Source: Myxococcota bacterium
GTDB lineage: Bacteria; Myxococcota_A; UBA9160; SZUA-336
Assembly (NCBI GenBank): GCA_044450765.1
Contig: JBIOJK010000003.1
Span: 19,856 to 83,855, forward strand
Length of the DNA stretch: 64,000 nucleotides
Reading direction: 5' to 3'
The notes below the pieces were generated by a model. It worked only from the letters and a program-made list of their open reading frames with translations. It ran no database searches and was not told the origin of the DNA. Positions 12,840-22,165 of the stretch are shown in pieces. The translations under genes were made by a program, and so were the position numbers. The first letter of the stretch is position 1, and every line of letters begins with the position of its first letter.

Positions 12840-13390
12840 GTAGCGGGCCCCTTCTTGAGAGTTTCCCCGAGCTGTTCGAGCTGCGTTCGAATGCTGCCGT
12901 CGAGTGACAAGTCGCCGATGCGCGCGATCACGCCGCCGATCAGATCGGGATCCACGGCGAACTCGATCTCGACCTCGGCGTTCACGCGCCGCGAGAGCGC
13001 GTCGCGAATCTGGCGCTGGGCCGCGGCGTCGAGCGGCCGCGCCGAGACGACGCGCGCGCCGATCCGTCCCGCTTCGGCGTCGACCAGCTCCTTCAGCGCG
13101 TCGCACAGCGCCCGAAGCAACGCGAGGCGGTTCTCATCGACGAGTATCTCGGCGGTCGCGCGGATCTCGACGGAGAGCCCGAGGCGGTCGCACAGCTCGT
13201 GGACGATCGCCTTGCGCTCGGCGCGCGTGTGGATCGGCATCAAGAGGACGCGGGTGAGCTCGTCGCTCCCGGAGATCTCGACGGCGAGTGACTGAACTTC
13301 GGCGAGCAGGCGCGCGTGCTCCTTCGCGCCGTCCGCGAGGCCGAAGACTGCGCGCGCGTAGCGGCGCGCGATTTCGCCGGCGCCGATCAT
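12836..13390 (-). CDS. atpH: F0F1 ATP synthase subunit delta
   Basis: ATG at 13390 ([19 protein letters not shown]...). C-terminal [25 protein letters not shown] is typical of OSCP/delta. Operon position fits. Confidence 0.85.
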
Positions 13391-13962
13391 GGGACTCGTC
13401 CGATGCGCTCGACGAACTCCGAGAGCATGCGTCGCTCGTCGTCGGCGCTGAGCTGCCGGCGCACGATCTCGCCCGCCAGCGAGATCGCCAGCCGCGCTGC
13501 TTCGCGCTGCAGCTCGGCCCGCGCGCGCTCGATCTCCTGGTCGGCCGCGCGCCGCGCTTCCTCGCGCACTCGCGCGGCGGCGCTGCGCGCGCGCTCGAGC
13601 GCCTGGTCGCGCTCGCGCTCGGCGATCTCGGCGGCCTCGCGCACCAGCGCTTCGTTCTCTTCCGAGATGCGCTCGAGCCGCGCGCGAATCTCGTCGTTCG
13701 CGCTGCGGGCGCGCTCGAGCGCCGTGCGTGCGGTGTCGAGCTGGCGACGGACGCTGTCGCTGCGATCCCGCAAGAACGTTTGGACAGGCTGGCGCAAGAA
13801 GTAAACGAGGACGCCGATCAAGACCGCGAGGCCGAACGCGTGAAACGCGAGCAGACTCCAGTCCGTGGCGTGCTCTGCGTGCGCCGCATGCTCCGCCGCG
13901 ACGGCGTGTCGGGCCAGCAGGAGTGCGCCCGCGATCAGCGCCTGTCGGAAGGTCGCGCGCAT
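13387..13962 (-). CDS. atpF: F0F1 ATP synthase subunit b
   Basis: 191 aa. One N-terminal TM helix (LLAFHAFGLAVLIGVLVYFL) followed by a long charged coiled coil. Operon position fits. Confidence 0.85.
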   Translation of the reverse strand: MRATFRQALIAGALLLARHAVAAEHAAHAEHATDWSLLAFHAFGLAVLIGVLVYFLRQPVQTFLRDRSDSVRRQLDTARTALERARSANDEIRARLERISEENEALVREAAEIAERERDQALERARSAAARVREEARRAADQEIERARAELQREAARLAISLAGEIVRRQLSADDERRMLSEFVERIGRVP

Positions 13963-14477
13963 CAGACCGGCCTACCGAGCAGTCGAGCCGCTGCCTCGTC
14001 CGCGAGCGAGCGTGCGTCCGTCTCGAGCGTGAGTCGCGCGCTCGCGAGATCGTCAGCGATCGAGGCGCGCACGCTGTCGAAGCTGCGCGCGGCGTCGGCG
14101 GAGGCAGCCTCCAGCAGCGCCCGCTCCTGTGACTCCGCGTCGGCCATGATCGCGGCGCGGCGGGCTTGCGCTCGCTTGCGCGCTTCGACCAGACGCGCCT
14201 CCAGCTGCGACCCGAACGCGCTCGCCTCGCCATCGAGTCGGCTCGCTTCGTCGAGGGCGCCCGCGGTGCGCCGCTCGCGTTCCTCGGCGAGCCTCAGGAG
14301 CGGCGCGATCAAGAGGCGATTCACCGGATAGATCAGCAGGCCGAACACGACGACGTTCGTCGCGACGTACGGCCAGTGCGGGATCAGGTTGAGATCTGCG
14401 GCGGACGCAGCGGTCGGGATCGCGGCCGCAGCCGCGGCAAGCGACACCGAGAGCGCAATGTCCGCGGCGGCGCGCAA
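13962..14477 (-). CDS. F0F1 ATP synthase subunit b' (second b-type stalk subunit)
   Basis: 171 aa. TM helix VATNVVVFGLLIYPVNRLLIAPL followed by a coiled coil. TTG start at 14477 preceded by AAGGGAGA. One-nt overlap with the atpF start. Confidence 0.75.
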   Translation of the reverse strand: MRAAADIALSVSLAAAAAAIPTAASAADLNLIPHWPYVATNVVVFGLLIYPVNRLLIAPLLRLAEERERRTAGALDEASRLDGEASAFGSQLEARLVEARKRAQARRAAIMADAESQERALLEAASADAARSFDSVRASIADDLASARLTLETDARSLADEAAARLLGRPV

Positions 14478-14549
14478 GCAGATCTCCCTTTGGTCGCACC
14501 CGTGGCCAGGAAGGATCCGGCAGCGCAGTCCCTCCCCGAAGCGTGCGCG

Positions 14550-14577
14550 AATATGGCAAAGGAGGAACTCAAGTCAA
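14550..14577 (-). promoter_or_regulatory. Candidate sigma70-type promoter of the atp b'-b-delta-alpha-gamma-beta-epsilon operon
   Basis: Minus strand reads TTGACT (14577-14572), a 16-nt spacer, then CATATT (14555-14550), about 70 nt upstream of the b' start. Confidence 0.35.
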
Positions 14578-14626
14578 TCAGCGCCGCTGCCACATTTCGC
14601 TGCTCTCCCGCAGCGCTGGCGCCGAA

Positions 14627-14977
14627 TCAGCGGCGCAGGCTCGGGGTCGCGGCGGGTTCGCCCATCTCGATCCGCGCGCTGACCTGAGCGCCGTCGGCGA
14701 CGCGCAGTCTGGGCGTGCGCAGCACCCCGTCGATCCGGCCCTGCGGCCCGACCTCGACGCGCTGCTTCGCAGTCACTTCGCCGACGACCGAACCGAGCAC
14801 GATCAGCTCGCGAACCTCGAGCTTCGCGTCGATCGTTCCTGTCTCGCCGACGATCAGCGTGCCGTCGGCGCTCGCGGTGCCGCGAAAATGCCCGTCGATG
14901 CGCACAGCGCCGGTGAACGAGATCTTCCCCTCGAACGAGGTGCCGCTGTCGAGGAACGTCTGCAGATCGGGCTTCAC
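14627..14977 (-). CDS. Bactofilin (polymer-forming cytoskeletal protein, DUF583)
   Basis: 116 aa. Repetitive beta-helix pattern: SFEGKISFTGAVRIDGHFRGTASADGTLIVGETGTIDAKLEVRELIVLGSVVGEVTA. ATGA overlap with the parB stop. Confidence 0.85.
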   Translation of the reverse strand: MKPDLQTFLDSGTSFEGKISFTGAVRIDGHFRGTASADGTLIVGETGTIDAKLEVRELIVLGSVVGEVTAKQRVEVGPQGRIDGVLRTPRLRVADGAQVSARIEMGEPAATPSLRR

Positions 14978-15864
14978 GATTCCTCTCCCAGCAGTCGCCC
15001 CGAGAGGCGTTCGAGCTCGCCCTCGCCGAAGTAGTGGAGCTCGATGCGACCGCGCGCGCGGCGGCCGATGATCCGCACCTTGGTCTGCATGGCTTTGCGA
15101 AGCCGCTCTTCCAGATCCGCCACGTGGACGTCGCGAACCGGGCCGGGGCGCGGGTGGCGCGGCGCCGACGACGCCGCGCGGCGCCCGAGCTCTTCGGCGG
15201 CACGAACGGACAGCGAGGTGCGAATGATCTGGTCGCGAACCATGACGCGCTGCTCGACCGGAACTTGAAGGATCGCCTTTGCGTGGCCCATGGTGAGTCG
15301 CTGGTCGATCAGGTCCTGCTGAATGTCTCGCGGGAGCTCGAGAAGTCGTAGGTGATTCGCCACGCTCGAGCGGTCCAATCCGACGCGTCGACCGGCCTCC
15401 TCTTGCGTCATTCCCTCGTCATCGATCAGGACCCGAAACGCCTCGGCCAGCTCCATCGGGTTGAGATCGGCGCGCTGAACGTTCTCGACGAGCGCCATCT
15501 CGACGACCTGGCGATCCGTCGCGTCGAGAATCACAGCCGGAACTTCGTCGAGGCCGGCGAGCTGAGCAGCCCGCCAGCGACGCTCCCCGATGATCAGCTC
15601 GTAGCCGTCTCCACGTCGGCGGACGACCAGCGGCTGGAGGATTCCCTGCTCGCGAATCGAGGCTGCGAGCGCGGAGAGCTCGCTATCGCGGAACAGCTTG
15701 CGGGGCTGGCCCGGATTCGGCGCGATCTTCGAGATCGCGATGAAGAGCGGCGCCGCCGACGCGTCATCCGCGTCTAACGCGGTCCGCTCGACGCGCGTCA
15801 CAGGTGGGGCGGGCGGCGGAATGAGGGCGGAGAGACCACGGCCGAGCCCCTTACGAGTCGCCAT
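14974..15864 (-). CDS. parB: Chromosome partitioning protein ParB
   Basis: 296 aa. KGLGRGLSALIP, GQPRKLF (ParB box), LIIGERRWRAAQLAG, HTH region. Confidence 0.95.
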   Translation of the reverse strand: MATRKGLGRGLSALIPPPAPPVTRVERTALDADDASAAPLFIAISKIAPNPGQPRKLFRDSELSALAASIREQGILQPLVVRRRGDGYELIIGERRWRAAQLAGLDEVPAVILDATDRQVVEMALVENVQRADLNPMELAEAFRVLIDDEGMTQEEAGRRVGLDRSSVANHLRLLELPRDIQQDLIDQRLTMGHAKAILQVPVEQRVMVRDQIIRTSLSVRAAEELGRRAASSAPRHPRPGPVRDVHVADLEERLRKAMQTKVRIIGRRARGRIELHYFGEGELERLSGRLLGEES

Positions 15865-16627
15865 CCTTGATCCTTTCCAGAAGCTCCTCGGCGAGCTGCA
15901 GATAGCTCAGTGCGCCCTTGGAGTTGATGTCGTAGAGCAACGCGGGCTTGCCGTGGCTCGGGGCCTCCGACAGCCGCACGTTGCGCGGAATCACCGTGCG
16001 AAAGACCCGCTCGCCAAAGTGCTCGCGAGTCTCCTTCGCGACCTGCAGCGCGAGGTTGTTGCGCACGTCGTACATCGTCAGCACCAGTCCTTCGATCGCC
16101 AGGCGTGGGTTCAGCGAAGCCCGGACGAGATCGATCGTCTGGGTCAGCTTCGCGAGCCCTTCCAGCGCGAGATACTCGCATTGGAGCGGGACGAGAACGG
16201 AGTCCGCGGCGACGAGCGCGTTCAGCGTCAAGAGCCCCAGCGACGGTGGAGTGTCGATCAGGATCACGCGATAGGTGTCGCCCACGCCCTCGAGCGCCTT
16301 CGTCAGCCGGCGCTCTCGCTCCGGCGCCGCTGCCAGCTCCACCTCGGCGCCGACGAGATCAGTGGACGAAGGAATCAGGCGCAGGAACTGCAGCTGCGTC
16401 TCGATCGCCACCTCGGCCACGGTCGCTTCCCCGAGCAAGAGGTCGTAGACGTCGCTCTTCAGATCGGATGGCGTGAAGCCCAAGCTGGACGTGGCATTTG
16501 CCTGCGGATCGAAGTCGACGAGCAGGGTCGGGGTTTCAGCCGCCGCGAGCGACGCAGCCAGATTGACCGCGGTCGTAGTTTTCCCGACGCCGCCCTTCTG
16601 ATTCGCGACCACAATGATCCGGGCCAC
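15851..16627 (-). CDS. parA: Chromosome partitioning ATPase ParA/Soj
   Basis: Deviant Walker A ANQKGGVGKTTTAVNL. GTG at 16627 (VARIIVVANQKGG) is preceded by GGTGGAAGA. The track start at 16678 would add 17 atypical residues. Confidence 0.95.
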   Translation of the reverse strand: MARIIVVANQKGGVGKTTTAVNLAASLAAAETPTLLVDFDPQANATSSLGFTPSDLKSDVYDLLLGEATVAEVAIETQLQFLRLIPSSTDLVGAEVELAAAPERERRLTKALEGVGDTYRVILIDTPPSLGLLTLNALVAADSVLVPLQCEYLALEGLAKLTQTIDLVRASLNPRLAIEGLVLTMYDVRNNLALQVAKETREHFGERVFRTVIPRNVRLSEAPSHGKPALLYDINSKGALSYLQLAEELLERIKDGDS

Positions 16628-16671
16628 TCTTCCACCCCGCGAGCGAGCTCGCAGGGAGAGTCTACCCCAGA

Positions 16672-16694
16672 GTTCCACGTGCTAGGAGTGGAAC
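16672..16694. promoter_or_regulatory. parS-like inverted repeat GTTCCAC-N9-GTGGAAC
   Basis: GTTCCACGTG matches 10 contiguous positions of parS (TGTTNCACGTGAAACA). GTGGAAC follows after CTAGGA. Lies in the rsmG-parA intergenic region. Confidence 0.4.
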
Positions 16695-16704
16695 CCGAGC
16701 GACT

Positions 16705-17256
16705 TCAATCCGTTCCACGGGAAAAATCCGCCGCACGCACCCGCAGAATCCTGCCGCCCGATGCGAGCGGCAGCGGTCGCGCGCCGCGCAGGTCCGCGGT
16801 CGCCGATGCCCAGACCCAAATTTCGCCCGTCGCGACGACCCACGGGAGAGCCAGCTCCGCGCTCCGCTCGGGCTTGGCGACCGCGCGGAGGAGCGCGAAG
16901 TCGAATCCGACGCTGGGCGGTGTCTCGATCGAGGTCCCGGAAATCTCGATCGAGAGCGCGAGCTCCCGTGCGACGTGGCGCAGGAACGCGAGGCGCTTCT
17001 CTCGGACCTCGACGAGGACGAAGCGAAGATCCGGGCGCGCAAGCGCGATGGGAATTCCAGGAAAGCCGGCGCCGCTGCCGAGATCGACGACCCGAGAATT
17101 CGGCGGGAGATGCGCCGCGGCCGCGAGCGAGTCCTCGACGTGCCGCGCGAGCGCAGCCGGCTCCGTCGACCCGACCAGGTTCATCCGCTGGCCCCAGCGC
17201 GCGAGCTCGGCGGTGAAGACTTCGAGGCCGGCGCGGAGCGCCGCCTGGTTGGTCAC
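16705..17256 (-). CDS. rsmG: 16S rRNA (guanine527-N7)-methyltransferase RsmG
   Basis: 183 aa. RMNLVGSTEP, VVDLGSGAGFPGIPIAL (SAM motif). Conserved position upstream of parAB. Confidence 0.9.
   Translation of the reverse strand: MTNQAALRAGLEVFTAELARWGQRMNLVGSTEPAALARHVEDSLAAAAHLPPNSRVVDLGSGAGFPGIPIALARPDLRFVLVEVREKRLAFLRHVARELALSIEISGTSIETPPSVGFDFALLRAVAKPERSAELALPWVVATGEIWVWASATADLRGARPLPLASGGRILRVRAADFSRGTD
16711..16726. promoter_or_regulatory. parS-like site CGTTCCACGGGAAAAA
   Basis: 13 of 16 positions match TGTTCCACGTGAAACA. Lies inside the 3' end of rsmG, 85 bp upstream of parA. Confidence 0.4.
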
Positions 17257-18242
17257 CCCGGGAAGATCTTGATTCGCTTCCTCGCGCCTTCGCCTTCGCT
17301 CTCCGAGCGCACTCCTCGCTCGTCCTTGAGGGCGTTGTGCACGAACCAGCGCTCGCGAGAGTTCATCGGGGGCAGGAGCACCGGCTCGCTTGTTTCGCGC
17401 ACCGAGCGCGCGGAATCGCGCGCGAGTCGCTCGAGCTCGCCTTCGTCGATGTCTCGGTCCTCGGGGTCGCGACCCCGTCCGGGCCGCTCTCCACCCCGTC
17501 CGTTCGAGCGCTGATCGCGGCGTCCGTCGCGCTCACCCCGCTCGCGAGTCTCCTCACGCGGCGCTCGCCGGATGCCGCGCACCTCGACCAGCGCCGCCGT
17601 GTCGTCGTCGATCAGCGCCTCGGCAGCCCGGTGCGCGAGATGGGACAGCGCCGCGATGAGTCGCGGCTCGCGCTCCGCCAGCGACGTGATCGAGCGCCCG
17701 GCGAGCGTGACGACGATCTCTCCCTCGTCGGTCTGCGCCTCCGAAACGGTCACATCGCGCAGCTTCATGCGCTCGAGGATGCCGGCGACGAAGGTCCCGA
17801 CCTGGCCGAGCGCACCGCTCGGAGCGGGAGTGACTTCGTCGTTCGGCTCGTGGCGAGGCTCACGCGCTGGAGGTGCACTCGGGTGTGGCGCGGGCGGCGG
17901 AGCAGGGCGCGACGATTCTGCGCCTGAGCGCGAGCCACCGCGATCTCGGCCCCCGCGCTCTCGATCGCCGCGATCCCTGTCGCGGTCGCGCGGCCGGTCT
18001 CGGTCGCGCTCAGCTGGCCGCCGCTCCTCGCGGCGCGGCTCGGGCGTGCGGTTCGACCGCTCCGAGCGAGGCGCGGCGATCATCAACACGCGGCCGCCGA
18101 GTCCCGAGATCTCGACTGAGGGCGGAACCACCCAGTACTCCAGCTGATCCGCCGAAGCGCGGAAATAGCTCTCGGCCAGCGCAAGGGCGGCTTCGCGAGT
18201 CTCGGCAACGAACTCTCGCACGTCGTCTACGGATGCATTCAT
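17253..18242 (-). CDS. jag: Jag/KhpB-family RNA-binding protein (Jag-N, KH-like and R3H domains) with an Arg/Asp-rich insert
   Basis: 329 aa. C-terminal LLPPMNSRERWFVHNALKDERGVRSESEGEGARKRIKIF is an R3H domain. Conserved position after yidC. Confidence 0.8.
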   Translation of the reverse strand: MNASVDDVREFVAETREAALALAESYFRASADQLEYWVVPPSVEISGLGGRVLMIAAPRSERSNRTPEPRREERRPAERDRDRPRDRDRDRGDRERGGRDRGGSRSGAESSRPAPPPAPHPSAPPAREPRHEPNDEVTPAPSGALGQVGTFVAGILERMKLRDVTVSEAQTDEGEIVVTLAGRSITSLAEREPRLIAALSHLAHRAAEALIDDDTAALVEVRGIRRAPREETRERGERDGRRDQRSNGRGGERPGRGRDPEDRDIDEGELERLARDSARSVRETSEPVLLPPMNSRERWFVHNALKDERGVRSESEGEGARKRIKIFPG

Positions 18243-18255
18243 GAGGTCACTCCGA

Positions 18256-19914
18256 TCAGGTTGTCGTCGGCGCGGGCGCGCGGTTCACGAGCAGCTGCTG
18301 TGCGATTCCAAGAAGGTTGCTCACGAACCAGTACAGCACGAGGCCGGCGGGGAACTGGTAGAACATGAACGTGAACATGACACTCATCAGTGTCATCATC
18401 TGTCGCTGCTGAGGATCCGCGTTCGGCGCGGGACTCAGTCGCTGCTGCAAGAGCATCGACCCGCCCATCAGCAGCGGGAGCAGTCGGAACGGCACTCCGG
18501 CGACCGCGAAGAAGTCCTCCGGCGCAGACAGATCGCGGATCCACAGCGCGAAGGGCGCGTGGCGCAAGTCGATCGAAGTCTGCAGCGCGAAATACAGCGC
18601 GATCATCACCGGCATCTGGATGATCATCGGGACGCAGCCGCCGCCCATCGCCGCGAGCGGATTCATCCCCTTCTGCCGGTAGAGCTTCATCAGCTCCTCC
18701 TGCAGCTTGTCGCGGTCGTTCGCGTGCTTCTCCTGTATCTCCTTCATCTGCGGCGCGATCAAGCTGAACTTCTTCATCGACTTCATCGAGCGCTGAGTGA
18801 GTGGGTAGGTGAGCATGCGGACGAGGATCGTCAGCAGGATGATCGCGATTCCGTAGTTCGGCACGACGTGGTCGTGGGTCCAGTGCAGGAGTGACCCGAA
18901 TGCGGCGACCAGCGGCCGCACGAACGGCCAGCCGGCGTCCGTCGCGTGCGCGAGCTGGGGATCGACCGCGCTCGTGTTCGCCTCGATCTTCGGGCCGAAG
19001 TACAGGCGATAGCTCCGCTCGATGCCCGTCCCGGGAGGAACGTCGAACGGCTGCAGCGCGAGCGCCGCCTGGCCGAGGTCCGCGCCCAGCGGGCCGAAAT
19101 ACGCCGACGCGTCGCGCGGATTCTGCGGCACCGCGGCGAGCAGGAAGTACTGGCTGTCGATGCCCGCCCATTCGGCCGGCGCCGGGTATGCGGTTCCGGT
19201 CGGCGGGCCGCGGCCCAGCAGGCTGCCGACGAATCCAGTCGAGCCCACTCCCTGGACCGGGAGCCGCTTCACGCTCCCGTCGACCGAGGCCGCGAGGCTG
19301 TAGTGCGGAAAGTGGTCCGGCGCGGTCGCCGCCCGCTCCTGGCCGTAGAACACGAGCTCGAGCTTCGGCTGGACGGTGGCAGCGCCCGCATTCGAGATCG
19401 AGACCGTCAGCCTGCCGCCATAGCCCGAGTCATCGAGCTCGATGCGCCGCGTCAAAGTGATGCCGTCGCGAACCGCTCGCAGCTCCACCCGGGTCGGCGT
19501 GCGCGAGGTGATCTCGCAGGGCACTGCCTCGAACGACCGCAGCGGCTCGGGCCCCAGGAACAAGAACATCGCGCCACGCGACGCCACCGTGACGAGCTCG
19601 ACGGGCCCCGAATCGGGCGCGACGGTGGCGCGGTACTTCAGCAAGTCGATCGTCTCGACGCGCCCTCCGAGATCGCTGACGCGCAGCTCGACTGCGTCAT
19701 TGGCAAGCGTCAGAAGCTGCTCCTGGCGGGGCCCCGCCGACTCCGCGCTCGGCGCGGTTGCGCGAAACTCCGTTGGCGACTCTTCGCGCGGAGCTTCCGA
19801 GCTCGGGCGCATCGCCTCAGGCGCGGGTCCCGGCGGAGTCGTCGGACGCAACAGGAGCGACGCCGCGAGCAACCCCACGGCGAGCGCGATCGCAGCGATC
19901 TGCCAACGATCCAA
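18256..19914 (-). CDS. yidC: Membrane protein insertase YidC
   Basis: 552 aa. N-terminal TM, periplasmic domain, and insertase core NYGIAIILLTILVRMLTYPLTQRSMKSMKKF ... MNPLAAMGGGCVPMIIQMPVMIALY. Confidence 0.95.
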   Translation of the reverse strand: MDRWQIAAIALAVGLLAASLLLRPTTPPGPAPEAMRPSSEAPREESPTEFRATAPSAESAGPRQEQLLTLANDAVELRVSDLGGRVETIDLLKYRATVAPDSGPVELVTVASRGAMFLFLGPEPLRSFEAVPCEITSRTPTRVELRAVRDGITLTRRIELDDSGYGGRLTVSISNAGAATVQPKLELVFYGQERAATAPDHFPHYSLAASVDGSVKRLPVQGVGSTGFVGSLLGRGPPTGTAYPAPAEWAGIDSQYFLLAAVPQNPRDASAYFGPLGADLGQAALALQPFDVPPGTGIERSYRLYFGPKIEANTSAVDPQLAHATDAGWPFVRPLVAAFGSLLHWTHDHVVPNYGIAIILLTILVRMLTYPLTQRSMKSMKKFSLIAPQMKEIQEKHANDRDKLQEELMKLYRQKGMNPLAAMGGGCVPMIIQMPVMIALYFALQTSIDLRHAPFALWIRDLSAPEDFFAVAGVPFRLLPLLMGGSMLLQQRLSPAPNADPQQRQMMTLMSVMFTFMFYQFPAGLVLYWFVSNLLGIAQQLLVNRAPAPTTT

Positions 19915-19926
19915 ACCGTTCCTCCG

Positions 19927-20238
19927 TCAGGGCAGATCGAGCCCGCCGCTGCCGAACGGGTGACAGCGCGCCAGTCGCCGCAGCGCGCGCGCACTGCCGC
20001 GCCAAGCCCCGTGCCGCTCGATCGACGCGATCGCATAGCTCGAGCAGCTGGGTTGGAACCGACACGCAGGACCCAGCAGCGGAGAAAGTGACATCTGGTA
20101 GAGCCGCACCAGCGCGATCAGGACGCGAGGGGCGATCGCGGACGTCCCGGCAACAGCGCGGGGTCGAGATCCTCGCTGACGTCCGCCAGGCGCAGCCAGG
20201 TCGGGAACTCGCGCTTCGCGATCAACACCAAGTCGCAC
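19927..20238 (-). CDS. yidD: Membrane protein insertion efficiency factor YidD; start uncertain
   Basis: [38 protein letters not shown] is canonical YidD. The track start at 20238 overlaps rnpA by 121 nt. The true start is probably nearer 20100-20150, but no clean ATG/GTG was found there. Confidence 0.8.
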   Translation of the reverse strand: MRLGVDREARVPDLAAPGGRQRGSRPRAVAGTSAIAPRVLIALVRLYQMSLSPLLGPACRFQPSCSSYAIASIERHGAWRGSARALRRLARCHPFGSGGLDLP

Positions 20239-20480
20239 GACCCAAACTCATGACTGCGCGCCCGGAACCACGCGCGTGCGAGCCGTTTGATCCGATTGCG
20301 CTGCACTGCACCGCCGACCTTGCGGGTGACGGTGACGCCGAGACGGCCGTCTCCCCCGTCGCCACGATCGCGGACGAACGTGATGAAGAGCTTCGTCGGT
20401 CGGCGCGTTCCCTCGCTGGTCGAAGTGAGGAAATCTCGCCGCCGCATCCGCCGCCTGAGTGCGCCGCGGGAGTCGGCCAT
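20118..20480 (-). CDS. rnpA: Ribonuclease P protein component
   Basis: 120 aa. [26 protein letters not shown] (RNR motif). Position between rpmH and yidD. Confidence 0.85.
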   Translation of the reverse strand: MADSRGALRRRMRRRDFLTSTSEGTRRPTKLFITFVRDRGDGGDGRLGVTVTRKVGGAVQRNRIKRLARAWFRARSHEFGSCDLVLIAKREFPTWLRLADVSEDLDPALLPGRPRSPLAS

Positions 20481-20493
20481 GCCGTGCGGATCG

Positions 20494-20643
20494 CTACTTC
20501 CTCTTCGTCACCCGCGTGAGCGCGTGACGACCCTTCGCGCGGCGCTGCGAGAGCACGCGGCGTCCGCCCTTCGTGCTCATGCGCGCGCGAAAACCGTGGT
20601 TGCGCGCACGGCGGATACGACTGGGCTGAAAGGTGCGCTTCAT
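20494..20643 (-). CDS. rpmH: 50S ribosomal protein L34
   Basis: ATG at 20643. [43 protein letters not shown] is near-canonical L34. The longer track ORF was rejected. Confidence 0.95.
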   Translation of the reverse strand: MKRTFQPSRIRRARNHGFRARMSTKGGRRVLSQRRAKGRHALTRVTKRK

Positions 20644-20845
20644 GGGGAGCTGCCTCGCGAGCCTGGCTCGCCGGTGGGCGTGTATGAAAGCACCAGGTCC
20701 CGGGAGTGTCAACGCTGCGGGCGCGCAGATCGCGGGTGAACGCTCGCGGAAAAGTTCGCGTCTCGTTCTTGCATTGCTGCGCGCCGCTTTGATAAGCAAC
20801 TCTCATCCCACTCGTTCGCGCCTCGCGAAAGGTCCGACTCCCCCG

Positions 20846-22165
20846 ATGACTGCGAAGATGACTGAGCTCGTCCGCCCGGACGAGGCCGCTTCCCTTTGGA
20901 AGTCGGTGCTGCAGACGCCCTCGCCGAGGATTGGCGCCGCGACGAGAGACTCGCTCGCGGAGAGCACGCGCTGCCTCGAGCGCACGGGGTCGGAGCTCCG
21001 CGTCGCGATCGACTCGGCGCAGCTCGACGCCGGGCTGCGCGGCGGCCAGCTGGCGGTGCTCGAGGTGTCGCTCGCGAATCTCACCGACGGTGCGACGGCG
21101 CTCGCTCTCGTGCCCGTCGAGGATCTCGGATCGAAGCGCGGCGACCCGAGCTACACGCTCGCGACCTTCGTCGCGAGCCCGGCGAACGCGAAGGCGCGCG
21201 CGAAAGCGGCGGCGTTCGCGCGAGACGCGCCGGCGTCGGGTGGCGCGCTGGCACTCCACGGCGGCGCGAGCTCGGGCAAGACGCACCTGCTCCGAGCGAT
21301 CGCCAGCGCGCTCGGCGATGCGCGCGGCGTCGAGCGCGTGCTCTGCTGCAGCGCAGAGCAGCTGTGTCAGGAGCTGATCCGCGCGATCTGGGCTGACTCC
21401 GTCGACGAGTTTCGCGAGCGCATCGGCTCCGTCGACGCGCTGGTCGTCGACGATCTCGACGAGCTCGTGGGCCGCGACGCGACCCAGGAGGAGCTCGCGC
21501 TGGCGCTCGAGACGCTCGGCGCGCGGGGTGTTCCGATCGCGATCTCGCTCTCGAAGCCGATCGAGCGCACCTCGGGAATGGTCGCCTCGCTGCGCGGTCA
21601 GCTCGCCCGCTTCGCGGAGCTCGAAGTGCGCGCGCCCGAGTGGGAGACCCGGGTCGCGATCGTGCTCGCGCACGCGCGGCGCTGGCGCGTCGAGCCGAGC
21701 GCCGCCGTCGCGTCGTTCATCGCGAGTCGGCTGCGCGCGCACCTCGGCCGGCTCGACGTCCTGCTGACTCGCCTGATGACGCGCTCGTCGGCCGCGGCGA
21801 GCGCGCTCGCCGATCTCGACGTGGTCAAGCACCTGCTCACGGGCGCGGGCGAAAAGCCGCTCGCGACCTCGCCCGACGACGTTCTGACCGCCGTCACGCG
21901 CCAGTTCAACCTGCGCGTCCGCGAGCTGCGCTCGTCGAGCCGCAGCGCGCGAGTGACTACGCCGCGCCAGGTCGCGATGTACCTGATGCGACGCCACTGC
22001 GGGCTCTCGTATCCGGAGATCGGCCGCCGCTTTGCGCGCCACCACACGACCGCGCTCCACGCGGACCGCATCGTGCAGGCGCAGCTGTCCGAGAACGCGA
22101 GTCTCCGCGCGGCCGTCGTGCTGATCGAGAAGGATCTTCTGCGGCTCTCCGAGGGCGGTGGATGA
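20846..22165 (+). CDS. dnaA: Chromosomal replication initiator protein DnaA (short, divergent N-terminal region)
   Basis: ATG at 20846 (MTAKMTELV; second ATG at 20858). Walker A GGASSGKTHLL, Walker B ALVVDDLDEL. Domain IV: SRSARVTTPRQVAMYLMRRHCGLSYPEIGRRFARHHTTALHA. The track start at 20633 overlaps rpmH. Confidence 0.9.
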   Translation: MTAKMTELVRPDEAASLWKSVLQTPSPRIGAATRDSLAESTRCLERTGSELRVAIDSAQLDAGLRGGQLAVLEVSLANLTDGATALALVPVEDLGSKRGDPSYTLATFVASPANAKARAKAAAFARDAPASGGALALHGGASSGKTHLLRAIASALGDARGVERVLCCSAEQLCQELIRAIWADSVDEFRERIGSVDALVVDDLDELVGRDATQEELALALETLGARGVPIAISLSKPIERTSGMVASLRGQLARFAELEVRAPEWETRVAIVLAHARRWRVEPSAAVASFIASRLRAHLGRLDVLLTRLMTRSSAAASALADLDVVKHLLTGAGEKPLATSPDDVLTAVTRQFNLRVRELRSSSRSARVTTPRQVAMYLMRRHCGLSYPEIGRRFARHHTTALHADRIVQAQLSENASLRAAVVLIEKDLLRLSEGGG

